Source: Eledone cirrhosa
Taxonomy: Eukaryota
Assembly: GCA_964016885.1 (NCBI GenBank)
Contig: OZ024743.1
Location: 226,238,001 to 226,302,000, forward strand
Direction: 5' to 3'
DNA length: 64,000 bases
In this document: positions 44,215 through 59,989 of the stretch, piece by piece
How the letters are laid out: every line of letters begins with the position of its first letter
How positions within the stretch are numbered: the stretch's first letter is position 1
Notes under the pieces: generated by a model
What the model was told of the DNA's origin: nothing
Databases searched by the model: none
Seen by the model: only the letters and a program-made list of their open reading frames with translations
Position numbers and translations under genes: made by a program

Positions 44215-44635
44215 AATGACCAGAAGTCGACCCTAAATACTACTAATAGCTCTAGGAAAGCCACGAACGATAGCACATCTTTTAAACTTTGATTTTGAAA
44301 TTAGGTTTATAATTATCAATTTTCTTTATGCATTTGTAGCTGTCTCGGTGGCCTAGTTGGATGAATCATAGCCGGTGGTGATCCTGATCTGAAGTTCTGG
44401 TTGTAAAATAAAAACTGAAAAAGGCTACACGTACCTCTTGACCAGGATTGAACCCAAGGGCAGGATCTACACCGTCTCTAGTACCTACCGCTAGGCCACA
44501 GAGACGAATACAAAAATCTTATGAAAATTCATGGTTATAAACTTACTTTCAAAATTTTCAAAGCAAAGTGTTGTGGCATCATTCATGTCTTTCTTAATGT
44601 TATTGCTCCTACTTAAGGTCGACTTCTAAATCATT
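44215..44635. repeat. Diverged inverted repeat whose arms end in convergent tRNA-like heads
   Basis: AGAAGTCGACC..TTTTGAAA.TA.GTTTATAA..GTCTC.GTGGCCTAG on both strands. Confidence 0.75.
44434..44505 (-). ncRNA. tRNA-like Pol III unit (pseudo-tRNA or SINE head)
   Basis: 72 nt; A box TGGCCTAGCGG, D stem GCCT/AGGT, B box GGTTCAATCC, downstream T runs; anticodon arm non-canonical. Confidence 0.5.
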
Positions 44636-44817
44636 TGAGTGTTCCATAAATTACATCATCGTTTTGTTTCACATCTATCTAGACTTTATTTTAACCTGTA
44701 ATCCATGTTTCATTTCTGTTCCACCTTACTGCTCCCTCCCTCTCTCTCTCGCGCTCTTTCAATAATGACCTTTGGTCTTTCACACTCACTCAGTATATAC
44801 ATATATGTGTCTGTGCG

Positions 44818-44887
44818 TGTGTAAAACCCCCGCTGTCATTTCTTGTAATGTCCCATTTTTGTACGCCCCTGTGTCAAATAAAGAAAG
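44818..44887 (+). mobile_element. Tx1-type 3' end remnant
   Basis: TGTAAAACCCCC..TGTCCC..TTTTGTACGCCCCTGTGTCAAATAAAGAAA resembles the T1/T2 3' termini. Confidence 0.55.
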
Positions 44888-45362
44888 ATATCTATATATA
44901 TATATAATAATATATGAAGTTTTTCCGTAGGAAAGGTAAAGGAAAAGAGAGTGCTCTATGTAGGCTACAGAGCTTATTAGTTATGTAATAAACAACATAA
45001 GATAATTATTTCATTTACTAAAGGTTTCACGAAGAAAGACGAGCCTGGCACAGACGTCTGACTTCGGTATTCAGAATTAAATTTTATTTAAAATGGAAGT
45101 GATATGGATTTCAAAACAAAGTCTAGGACAATTGAAAGCGAGGCTGAAATAAAATAACGGATATAATATAAAGGGGAAAATAATAAATGTATATGTATAT
45201 ATACAAACACACATATACAAGCACATATTCACGCATATACCTTGACTCACACACTCACACATACGTACATGTGCGCCTACATGCACATACAAACACACAC
45301 ATATGCATGCGCTCCTACACCCACACATGCGCACATACACGCACACATGCACGTACCCATAA

Positions 45363-45413
<51 letters not shown>

Positions 45414-45420
45414 CATACAA

Positions 45421-45459
<39 letters not shown>

Positions 45460-45572
45460 GCCAACTTATGCAGCTTCATATGCTATTGAGATTAATCACC
45501 TCATTTACACAGACGAGAAAACTATATATTCTCGACTGTTTTGAAGTCCAGCAGTCGCAAGCAGTTAGAGGG

Positions 45573-45616
45573 ACCGTACTGAAGAAAGCCAGTCAAGCCT
45601 GAAATGCATAGACGGT
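45573..45616 (+). ncRNA. Minimal type I hammerhead in a 260-bp island between microsatellites
   Basis: ACCGTA-CTGAAGA-AAGC cagtcaa GCCT-GAAA-TGCA-TA^GACGGT; stem I extends via GTCCAGCAG/CTGCTGGAC. Confidence 0.75.
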
Positions 45617-45716
45617 TGTACCCTTTGCTTCTGCTGGACACCACTAGAGGGCGCAAGCCCCGTTGTATGCATAGCTCCGGCTTCCTAAAACCGTGTTTCT
45701 TAAGAAATACAAAATT

Positions 45717-45843
<127 letters not shown>

Positions 45844-45889
45844 GCATATATACATATATAGTGCTACATATATAGTGCTATATACTGCT

Positions 45890-46245
45890 ATATATAGTTC
45901 CTCAGATATACTGCTATATACAGTTCCCCAGAGAAATAACAACACAACTAGCTGCTGGACATATCGATGTATTGACGGAGTAAAACACGCTTCAACAACA
46001 TGTGTACCAGTCTTTCCCACACCAATTCGGACTGCCTGAAGAGGTCACAGCCAATGATGACTGTGACCGAAATATATATATAGCAGTATATCTATAATTT
46101 ATAATAAACGAAGCCAAATTTTACATATTTGACTTAATTATTTTACATTACTCCGAAGTAAACAAACCAGCCTGCGTACTCCGTCGAGTGCTCCAATCTG
46201 GATAATGCTATGTCGTTAAAGAACCATCATATACTAACAAAAAAA
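45890..46245 (+). mobile_element. Family H element, single arm
   Basis: Diverged homolog of 24222-24750. Confidence 0.8.
46031..46087 (+). ncRNA. Type I hammerhead (family H)
   Basis: ACTGC-CTGAAGA-GGTCACAG..CTGTGACC-GAAA-TATATATA-TA^GCAGT; perfect stems I and II. Confidence 0.9.
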
Positions 46246-46391
46246 AAATCTATATATCTATATACATACATATATATATATATATAAACACATATACACA
46301 TACATATACACACATACACGCAATATCTGTACATACAGGCACATACACATACATATATATATACACACGCATATACAATATAAGAACAAAA

Positions 46392-46435
<44 letters not shown>

Positions 46436-46451
46436 CTATGCGTCCACATAA

Positions 46452-46482
<31 letters not shown>

Positions 46483-46483
<1 letters not shown>

Positions 46484-47327
46484 TCTAGGGCGGGTAAAAT
46501 TCCACGGACCTGTCTCCGGCAGTCTCTGTCCCTCATTATCGCTGCCATGTTCTGCGTCTCCAACAGACCGGTGTCTGTCTTTAGGGCACCAACATACGTT
46601 AACCTTGGCCTTCCTCTTCCAGTGTGTCCATGTAGGGGCTCCCACAGGAGCACTGAGAGCAATGTCAACTCTGGATGTCGGTGAGCATGTCCAGCTAACC
46701 TCAGTCTCCTCTGTATCACTTTTGAGCTGACTTTTGGGAGGCTCCCATACAGCTCTGAGTTTTTCATCTTCAGTGTATACTGATTAATGTTTAGAGCCAT
46801 CCTCAGCATTCTCGTGTAGCACACATCCACCATCTGAGTGAGTTTCTTGGTCCGTGTCCAAGTCTCAGACCCGTACAGCAGCACATACTCCACTACAGCA
46901 ATGAAGAGGCGGATTTTCAGGTCTTTGCGCCTTGCACTGGAGAAACACCAGAACTCTGGCTTTACTGTAGCACCGACTCAGAGCAGGAGAGTTAAGGCGA
47001 AAAAGATGTCGGATACTGAATTTGCCGACGACATAATTTTGGTGACAAATACAGTGAAAGAGGCAGAGGATTGATGCAGGAGGTTGAGACTCTGTCGATG
47101 AGGGTGGGGCTGAGAATGTATGAGACTAAAGCAAAATATCTTGTAGAGAATGTTGAGAAGCCAGAGGGGATCACTAATGTAGGAGGGAAGCCGCTAGAAT
47201 TGGTTGAGGACTTCCTGTATTTGGTAGCAAAGGTTGGGAATACGGAAGATGATGTGGTTGAGAGGAAGAGCAAAGCCTGGGCAGCGTGCCACAGCTTGAG
47301 ATCGATGTGGAAGTCGAACCTTCGTAA

Positions 47328-47331
<4 letters not shown>
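46483..47331. mobile_element. 5'-inverted RTE-clade LINE fragment
   Basis: Plus 46933-47331 encodes FADD..FLYL..KSNLRKD; minus 46930-46490 continues RKDLKIRLF..LLYGSETW..RRLRLAGH..GRPR. Confidence 0.88.
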
Positions 47332-47398
<67 letters not shown>

Positions 47399-47445
47399 AA
47401 TAAGATAACAAGGACGATTGATTACGTCTTGATTACGTTTATTGG

Positions 47446-47535
47446 ATGGTGACGCGCGTTTCGCGACTAATCATCTCAAGGTTCGATCTGTATCGATCTG
47501 AGCTGGCTCTGTAATCCGCGGTTCGTCAGGCCCAT
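47446..47535 (-). ncRNA. Hammerhead-like motif with long branched stem II
   Basis: ATGGGC-CTGACGA-..GCGG..TCGC-GAAA-CGCGCG-TC^ACCAT; stem I imperfect. Confidence 0.6.
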
Positions 47536-47653
47536 TGTAATGTTACATACAGGCATACATACATACATATATATATATACCGTATACCTTTCTGCCAGAT
47601 GGTTGAACGTCCGAAAGTATATACTTTCTTTATGAAAATTAACGGCTGAGCAA

Positions 47654-47690
47654 CTGACGATAGCTAATAAGCTTGAAACTAGTACATCGT
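47654..47690 (+). ncRNA. Family G hammerhead lacking the 5' strand of stem I (at the junction)
   Basis: CTGACGA-TAGCTaataAGCTT-GAAA-CTAG-TA^CATCGT. Confidence 0.65.
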
Positions 47691-48098
47691 TCCTGTGTCA
47701 GTGTTGAACAAAAAGGTGACGTGGTTGCCTAAACACTGTACGGCGTAATTCAGGCTGTTTGTTTGTTTACAAACGAACAAACCGAGCATTATAATAAATG
47801 TTCGGTAAACTTTGACGTGCATATATATATATATATATATGTGTGCCTGTATGTATATATGTACATGCTACTGTACGTCTGTATACATATATGTATGTAC
47901 GTATACATACATACTTACATTTAAGTAAGTGCCGTACTAAGAGTGAGAAATGAAATTTCGTTTCATTCTATTCCATTTATCATTTTCGGTGCGCCTGTCC
48001 GACTGAACTCGCTCGATATGCAAATTAGCCTCTCAGCCGTTAATTTTCATAAGGAAAGTATATACTTTCGGACGTTCAACCATCTGGCAGAAAGGTAT

Positions 48099-48141
48099 AC
48101 GGTGCTGACGATAGCTAATAAGCTTGAAACTAGTACATCGT
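48099..48141 (+). ncRNA. Minimal type I hammerhead (family G)
   Basis: ACGGTG-CTGACGA-stem II-GAAA-CTAG-TA^CATCGT; 6-bp stem I. Confidence 0.88.
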
Positions 48142-48458
48142 TCCTGTATCAGTGTTGAACAAAAAGATGACGTGGTTGCCTAAACACTGTACGGCGTAAT
48201 TCAGGCTGTTTGTTTGTTTACAAACGAACAAACCGAGCATTATAATAAATGTTCGGTAAACTTTGACGTGCATATATATATATATATATATGTGTGCCTG
48301 TATGTATATATATACATGCTACTGTACGTCTGTATACATATATGTATGTACGTATACATACATACTTACATTTAAGTAAGTGCCGTACTAAGAGTGAAAA
48401 ATGAAATTTCGTTTCATTCTATTCCATTTATATATATATATATATGTATATATATATG

Positions 48459-48504
<46 letters not shown>

Positions 48505-48602
48505 CATATATGTATATATATATATATTTATAAACAGTTCTAGTCCTGTAGAATCTCTTATATATATATATATATATATATGTATATTTATATATATGTA
48601 TG

Positions 48603-48716
<114 letters not shown>

Positions 48717-49401
48717 CATATATATATAAGGGCACATTAATAAGTGTTCGACCTTGTACATTTATATGAACCACGTGAACAAATGTTTAAGTCTTTGAAA
48801 AACAGCGAAAGATGATTTAGAAATCCAATGATGTACCTGTGCCTACAGCAGGCTCGGATTAGTTATATGATACATTAAATTACATAAATATTTATTTATT
48901 AAATAGATGCTTTAAATACAAATAAATTGACCATAGCATATATTAGACGGAAATAATTGGAAATCATGGAAAAAAAGCATATAAACATTGTTGACATTAA
49001 GAGGAATTTCATATATCTGAGTGACTTCTTTCTTAAATCAGATTCATAAATATTATAATTGAATAAATACATAAAAACGAATTTGTTTACTTATTTTGAA
49101 ATTTAGAAATGAATAACAAACGGAAAAGATTGATAGTTATCGTACATTCTCTATTCTATTGTATATGATATATTTTATATATTAACTGAGGAATTTTGAA
49201 GTTATAATTCTTCGTCTAACGATTGTAGCTTCATGTTAATAAACATGGACAGAAATTTGTTGGACTTCAATTGTCTGAGGATGCCTCTACAGCGTTACTC
49301 GACCTGCTAGATATATTAGCAATATCATCCTTATCAGAATTGACACGCTTGATTATTTGGATGTTATAATGCTGAGGGTTGAGATGGGGACGGTTTCTAA
49401 A

Positions 49402-49588
49402 TAATTGTTTCTACTTTTGGCACCAGGCCAGCAATTACCCCAGTGCATTACTGGTGCTTTATTTTATCGAACCCTATAAGGATGAAAGGAAAAGTTAACC
49501 TCGCTGGGCTTTGAACTCAGATCGTAAAGGACTCTAACTCTATGCTGCAAAGCATGGCGTCCGATCCTCTACTGTTACTGCCAATCCA
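49402..49588 (-). mobile_element. MetaSINE-like SINE
   Basis: Reverse complement of the 50405 family. Confidence 0.85.
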
Positions 49589-49734
49589 CGGTTTCTAAAT
49601 AATGCTGATAGTTATTAAATGCCTCGTAAGCATTTGCCAATTCGGGTGACGAAAGATAAACTGGAAATCAGTTTATAGGTAGATTTTATACCACTTTGAT
49701 AATGACTAGGGAATGGTGGTTAACTTTGTAACAG

Positions 49735-50100
49735 TACAGCAGTCAAGCTCGTGACCGTGGAGACTTCTGGTGTCCTTGGCTTTAGGATCACCTCCCTTCT
49801 CACCACCATCGGCACTGATTTGCCTACCCGGAGGTGTGAGCCTCGCGACCTGGAATGACTCTCCCAGCGCATCTTACTCACCATCCTGCGGGTAAATGCC
49901 TTCTCTATTCTGTCCGCCCGGCTGTTAGGTGGCCAGTGCATGGGCCCCTATTTGCTCACAATAGTGAGAGATGGGGTGAGCGAGAGAGACGGAGGCAGGG
50001 ACAGTGGGAATTTGGATCTTTTGTGTTCGGATCTGGTGTATATATCTGTATATAAACAGAGAATGTGTGTAAAAGCTATTTCTTGTACAGTAAAGTTATG
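49735..50100 (+). mobile_element. 3' remnant of an RLE-type (CRE-like) non-LTR element
   Basis: Translates VKLVTVETSGVLG..IG..LE*LSQRILLTILRVNAFSIL, like the P.AVET.G..G and QR.S.AIQRGNA motifs; second copy at 61850. Confidence 0.6.
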
Positions 50101-50404
50101 TTAATATTTCTAGATAATGTACAGTATATACAGTTGTAGTTAATATAATATGTACCTTAATGATTTCCCTGTAAAATCCACTGGAGTGTAAAACGTTGTA
50201 ACAGTTTGTATAAGTAATCATTCTCGCATTCAACAGAAAATTATGTGAAATTTATGCGATATTATTGGCTGTAGTCCCAGGAAATTCCTCGAGATAATCT
50301 TTGTCGCAGTAAAAATCACTGTACACCTCTTAGCTGTACGTGGTGATTTTTATTGTACTGTGTATTGCGGGAATCGATCTTGCATAGGCATTATTAACTA
50401 ACCT

Positions 50405-50598
50405 TGGCGGTGAATTGGCAGTATCGGTAGAGAGTCGGACGCCATGCTTTTCAGCGTAGTTTCGCCCCTTTACGGTCTGAGTTCAAATCTCGTCGAGGTT
50501 AACTTTGTTTTTCATCCTTACGGGGTCGATAAAATAAGGTACTAGTAATGTACTGGGTAATTGCTGGCCTTGTGCCAGAGGTAGAAACAATTATTAAC
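50405..50598 (+). mobile_element. MetaSINE-like SINE
   Basis: TGGCAGTATCGG A box, GAGTTCAAATC B box, TTTCATCCTTACGGGGTCGATAAAATAAG core, TAGAAACAATTATTA tail. Confidence 0.88.
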
Positions 50599-50928
50599 TA
50601 ACCTTAGATTATATACGTTAAACCTTTTGTTGTAGTCATATACGTCTTGTAAGTGTAGTCTAAGTAATATAGCTATGTCCGTAGAAACTGGCTGATGTAA
50701 CAAGCTCAACTTCTCATCAAATGACAATCAGTGGTATTTAGCATCCATGAGCGTATCACCTATCATTCTTAAAACGGTGGAAAAATTCGAAGTGCGTTTT
50801 GCATCAATAAAAAAACAAAACATTTGATAACTCGTATATGAATCAAAATAATAATACAAATATTAATACAAATATTAATACAAGTTCTTGAATATTTGTT
50901 TGCATGTTTCCATGTCTACATTTTAAAA

Positions 50929-51380
<452 letters not shown>

Positions 51381-51646
51381 CACACACACATACACACACA
51401 CGTACAGACACACACAGACACACACAATGCACACACACATATATATATATATAGTGTTCGAGAGTGTGGATGTGTGTGTGTGAGCGAAATGTGTGTGAGT
51501 ACACAAATACATATACAACAATGGGTGTGTTTTTACGTAATTTGCTTATGAACCGGTTGGGCTGGGGTTACCTTCAAATCTCTGACGCCTTGGCTAAATC
51601 TCTTCTACTTCCACATCGATTTAACTATATCGCACACACACACATT

Positions 51647-51727
<81 letters not shown>

Positions 51728-51834
51728 ATATATCAAATATAGAGGTGGGTATCTCTATAATTATGTAATGTTCCGTTCTTTCTTCCCAATTCAATCATTG
51801 CCACTCTCCCACTATCAGTATATAATATATTCAA

Positions 51835-52020
51835 GGGCGGTGGATTGGCAGTATCGGTAGAGGGTCGGACGCCATGCTTTCCAGCATAGTTACGTCCCTT
51901 TACCATCTGAGTTCAAATCCCGCCGAGGTTGACTTTGCCTTTCATCCTTACGGGGTCGATAAAATAAAGTACCAGTAATGCACTGGTAATTGCTGGCCTT
52001 GTGCCTAAAGTAGAAACAAG
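51835..52020 (+). mobile_element. MetaSINE-like SINE
   Basis: Same family as 50405. Confidence 0.88.
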
Positions 52021-52108
52021 TATATAATATATTCATTCATATATAAATACACACAAATATATATATATATGAGTATATATATATACATGTGTGAATAATA
52101 TATATATA

Positions 52109-52166
<58 letters not shown>

Positions 52167-52436
52167 TATGTATGTGTTTAAATATAAAGGTGTGTGCGCG
52201 CATGTGTGTATTTACGTTCTATATCTTGGAAGGTGCTATGGGTTTAATTATATTATATAGATACATACACACATACAGACACATAGACAATCACACAGAC
52301 ATAAACACACATATAATAGACTAGAGACAGTTCCCCCATCAAAACCTATTGAGCAATTTAATGATTAAATGCGTAAAGTAAATGACGCTTACACATGGAC
52401 ATAGAGATACAAGAACACACTAACAACAACACACAC

Positions 52437-52495
<59 letters not shown>

Positions 52496-52560
52496 TTTGT
52501 ATATATATATATATATAATTTATATATATATATATAAGTATATCATTTATATATATATAT

Positions 52561-52634
<74 letters not shown>

Positions 52635-53613
52635 TTGTATATACATACACATGTACAGCTATATATATATATATACATAGTTTATATATACTTATCTCTC
52701 ATTATATATACTTATCTCTCTCTATCTCTATCTCTTTCTCTCTCTATCTCTCTATCTCTCTATATATATATTCCTATGTATGTATGCGTGTGTATTTATG
52801 TACATGTGTATAGGTGGGCGTGTGACGTGTATTTATATGCACATGATGTGTAGGTTTGTTTGCATAGGCAGACGTGCACGTCATATGGATGATTTTATCT
52901 TTCGATTGAGAAGTGCGGCCATATTAAGTTTGAGCAGTTGAAATATAAAGTCAACGTAATTAAATTGGACAAGGACTAGTTTGTCATAATGACTGCACAT
53001 ACTATCAACTAATTCACTGAGAATGTCTTTGCAGTACTTAAACTGCCATAATTTTCAATAACTGCTACTCAACTAAATGAACATTTAACGGAATAATTAT
53101 GAATTACTATTTAGATTGTCTCTCCAAGGGCTTGGATCGCTTTTAACTTGACAAGAAATGCCACACAAGACATGGATTACAATCTGAGCTAAGTGATAAA
53201 ACGAAAGAATGAATTAATTTCCTAACAAGTCCACTTGCTTGCTTTTAAATTATATTTCCGTACAATACACCAATACGAGCGGCGTAGGATAAATGTGAAG
53301 CAGTTTAGTGTTTCCGCTTTATAAATACTGGTTCGAATTGCATTGACCCTGTCACAAATATATCGGAGCGTAGTTTGTTTTTATTATAGATTTCGTATGT
53401 AGTTACAAGGAGAGGAGTAAATAGATTCGATTACATCAGCCCTTGGACTTTACTGATACGCCATCTTACATACAACATATTAACATTATTAACACGTTAC
53501 ACTATAAACATACTCGGTCAAGCGCTAAACAACCACTTTTATAGTTTTCCATGATCGAAGCTTATCGGCATTATACAACAATACATTTGAGCATGTTTTC
53601 ACAATGGCTATGG

Positions 53614-53670
<57 letters not shown>

Positions 53671-53695
53671 CATCTCTCTCTCTCTCTTTCTCTCT

Positions 53696-57117
<3,422 letters not shown>

Positions 57118-57207
57118 AACGTTAAGACCCTCTTCCTGCTATATCAAGCGTTAACCTAATATATCCCTTGCATATACTGTACCGATTGTGTTGTTATTTC
57201 TGTTTAC

Positions 57208-57278
<71 letters not shown>

Positions 57279-57283
<5 letters not shown>

Positions 57284-57916
57284 GTTTAGAAACACACAGA
57301 TACATGCGGACACACACATATACATGAATGCATCCGCACCCAACCGTGAGTTAAGGGTGCCAACTTCACCGATGTTGCTCAATGAATGACTGGGACAGAC
57401 CAATCCGGTTGAACTAGACTGAACCAGTATCAGAGTTAAAAATACATTATGAAGAGAGAAGAAACCTTTAGATATAATTAGTAATAAAATGTATCATACC
57501 TAAACTGCTCCTAGATTCCTCGACTACGTAGTTTCGTGGCATAAACAAAAACAATACATCATAAAGATATAGAGTCCCTGCGAGGTCTGCCGACTTATCA
57601 AGAGGATACCTGATTTTACTAGTCCCAAGAACGCGTCTACACGACGTGAGAAAGAATCCCAAAAGGCGGAGGGGGAGATAGTCACGCGATATAACGGTCG
57701 AGAAACAGAGCTAAGCCTCTTATAACCACGAAGAAAATACCACGGAGGCGGAGGGGGTATTTATATCGAAGCCGTAGAAGAGGTGGTGAAGGAGGCGAGA
57801 AGTATGAGTAATGGAAGCTTTCCAGCAATCCCCACACTTCAAAGATTGCTCGACCAGAGGGAGTTATTAACAATATGTTTAGAAACACACAGATACATGC
57901 GGACACACACATATAC
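57279..57916 (-). mobile_element. Non-coding element with about 46-bp direct repeats, period 593
   Basis: AATATGTTTAGAAACACACAGATACATGCGGACACACACATATACA at 57279 and 57872; shared hairpin on the minus strand. Confidence 0.65.
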
Positions 57917-57941
57917 AAACACACACACACACACACACACG

Positions 57942-58020
<79 letters not shown>

Positions 58021-58022
<2 letters not shown>

Positions 58023-58472
58023 CACACCGTGTTTTGGGTTAGAACGAAAGCCTGTTGAGAAAGTAAATTCCTCTGTTCGATCTACCAGAAACCTAACTTG
58101 TATACACCACAAACGGATTTTGTTGATTTCGGATTTTACAGAAACCTCACTTGGATATTCAGTAATTTGCAAGTGACGGTCCAGGTATGTTATATATACA
58201 GATATGTGCATATATGTATGTATGTATGTATATTTTTATATGTATATATATATATGTGTGTGTATGTGTGTGTATATCCTTTTCTCACTAGTCTGTTCTT
58301 TCGTTGCTACAGATCACGCGGCTGAATTAGCGGTTGCTATTTTCAATTTGCAAAGCCCTTTAAACTGTACGTTATTACTCTGAGGTCTATTCCTCGTCGA
58401 GTACTTGGCTGCACTGCTGAAGGCATTCGTTGGCTTAGCTGCTGATCGAACTTCGAATATGCTGTACTATTG
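58021..58472 (+). mobile_element. Diverged relative of the 5246-6096 element, interrupted by a microsatellite
   Basis: Shared blocks CCTGTTGA.AAA, TTGATTTCGGATT..AGAAAC, TCGTTGCT and GTTATTACTC..TCGAGT in the same order. Confidence 0.65.
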
Positions 58473-59317
58473 TATATATATATATATATTCATATATATA
58501 CATATATATATATACACGTATATACATATATATACACGCATGTATAATATATATATATGCGTATATATCTGTGTGTGCATGTACATATATATGCTTATAT
58601 ATGTGCGTGTGTATGTAGATATACCTACATGCATATATACCCTTACATATATATATATATTGGTAGATTGATAGATATAGAAATAGATCAGCACTCAATG
58701 TTATCCACTTTATTATAGTAAATGTCCATCTACCATGTACTGTCTGTTCTATCCAACTTGGTAAAATGATTAAATACCGAACTATCTAAATTAAAGGAAA
58801 GAAAAATCAACAAATAAACATGAAGTACTAAGATATACCAATTCCACCAACATTTATTTCTCGAAGACACCTGAAATTCAGAATAGAAACTAGAAGACAA
58901 TTATTGCTTCAAACAATAAAACATTAATTAACTATCTAGACACATCTTTTATTAAATGAAGCCCAATGTCTTATTTTTTTTTTATTGAATTATACTTACT
59001 TCATACAGCTCCTTTATTCTGACATGCAGAAGCGAAAAAATTATTACTAAATAATTCTTGTAGTTCATTTACACATTGTTTATTTTTTATTTTTGAATCT
59101 TCTGTTAGTACGCAGATTGTTTTTCATATATTTTTGTTCTTGTTTTGTTTTCAACTTCTTTCTTGAATAGATGATTATGATGATGATGGTAATCCACTAC
59201 TCCCCTTTCTCTTCTCCTTCTCTCCTTCCTCATCACCACCATCATTGCTACCATCATAACCACCAAAATAACTGCCGTCATCACCACCAGCCTTTTCTTA
59301 TCGTCATTGTTGTTCTA

Positions 59318-59975
59318 GGTGGGTTGGTAGTATCAGCAGAGTGTCGAACGCCATGCTTTCCAGCATAGAGTTTCATCCCTTTACAGATTAAGTTCAAATC
59401 CCGCCGAGGTTCTCTTCGCCTTTCATCTTTACGAGGTCGATAAAATAAAGTACCAGTAATTTACTGGGTAATTGCTGACTTTGCGCCAAAAGTAGAAACA
59501 ATTATTATTATTTGTGTTTCCTCTCTTCCTTGAATTTTGGTTTCCTTTCTTGCTTAGTGGCTTCCCGACATTATTAGGCAGTAATCGGTAGAGCATCGGA
59601 TAACATGCTTCGTAGCATAGAGTTACGTCTCTTTAGGTTCTGAGTTGAAATCCCGTCGTGGTTAGCTTTGCCTTTGCCCTTCATTCATACTGGGTCGATA
59701 AATTAAAGCACCAGTCACGTGGTGGGGTCCATTTAATCGACTTTCCCCTCCCCCAAAATTGCTGGCCTTGTGCCTATATAAGAAACCATTATTATAGTAT
59801 CGATAGAGGGTTGGACGCCATGCTTTCTAGCATAGTTACGTCCCTTTACAGTCTGAGTTCAAATCCCGCCGAGGTTAACTTTGCCTTTCTTCCTTATGGG
59901 GTCGATAAAATAAAGTACCAGTAATGTACTGGTAATTGGTGGCCTTGTGCCTAAAGTAGAAACAATTATTATTAT
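59318..59975 (+). mobile_element. Three tandem MetaSINE-like SINEs (59318-59510, 59576-59794, 59796-59975)
   Basis: Each has the GGTCGATAAA.TAAAG.ACCAG core and TAGAAAC/AAGAAAC.ATTATTA tail. Confidence 0.88.
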
Positions 59976-59989
59976 TTTGTTTCTCATTC

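Larger units (their letters stand above)
47540..48430 (+). mobile_element. Family G tandem, period 451, with an inverted 5' segment
   Basis: CTGACGA at 47654 and 48105; 47579-47650 is the reverse complement of 48032-48102. Confidence 0.9.

Noticed and set aside
49728-50202. Possible solo LTR (TGTAAC...TGTAACA)
   Set aside because: No target-site duplication; interior better explained as a CRE-like 3' end
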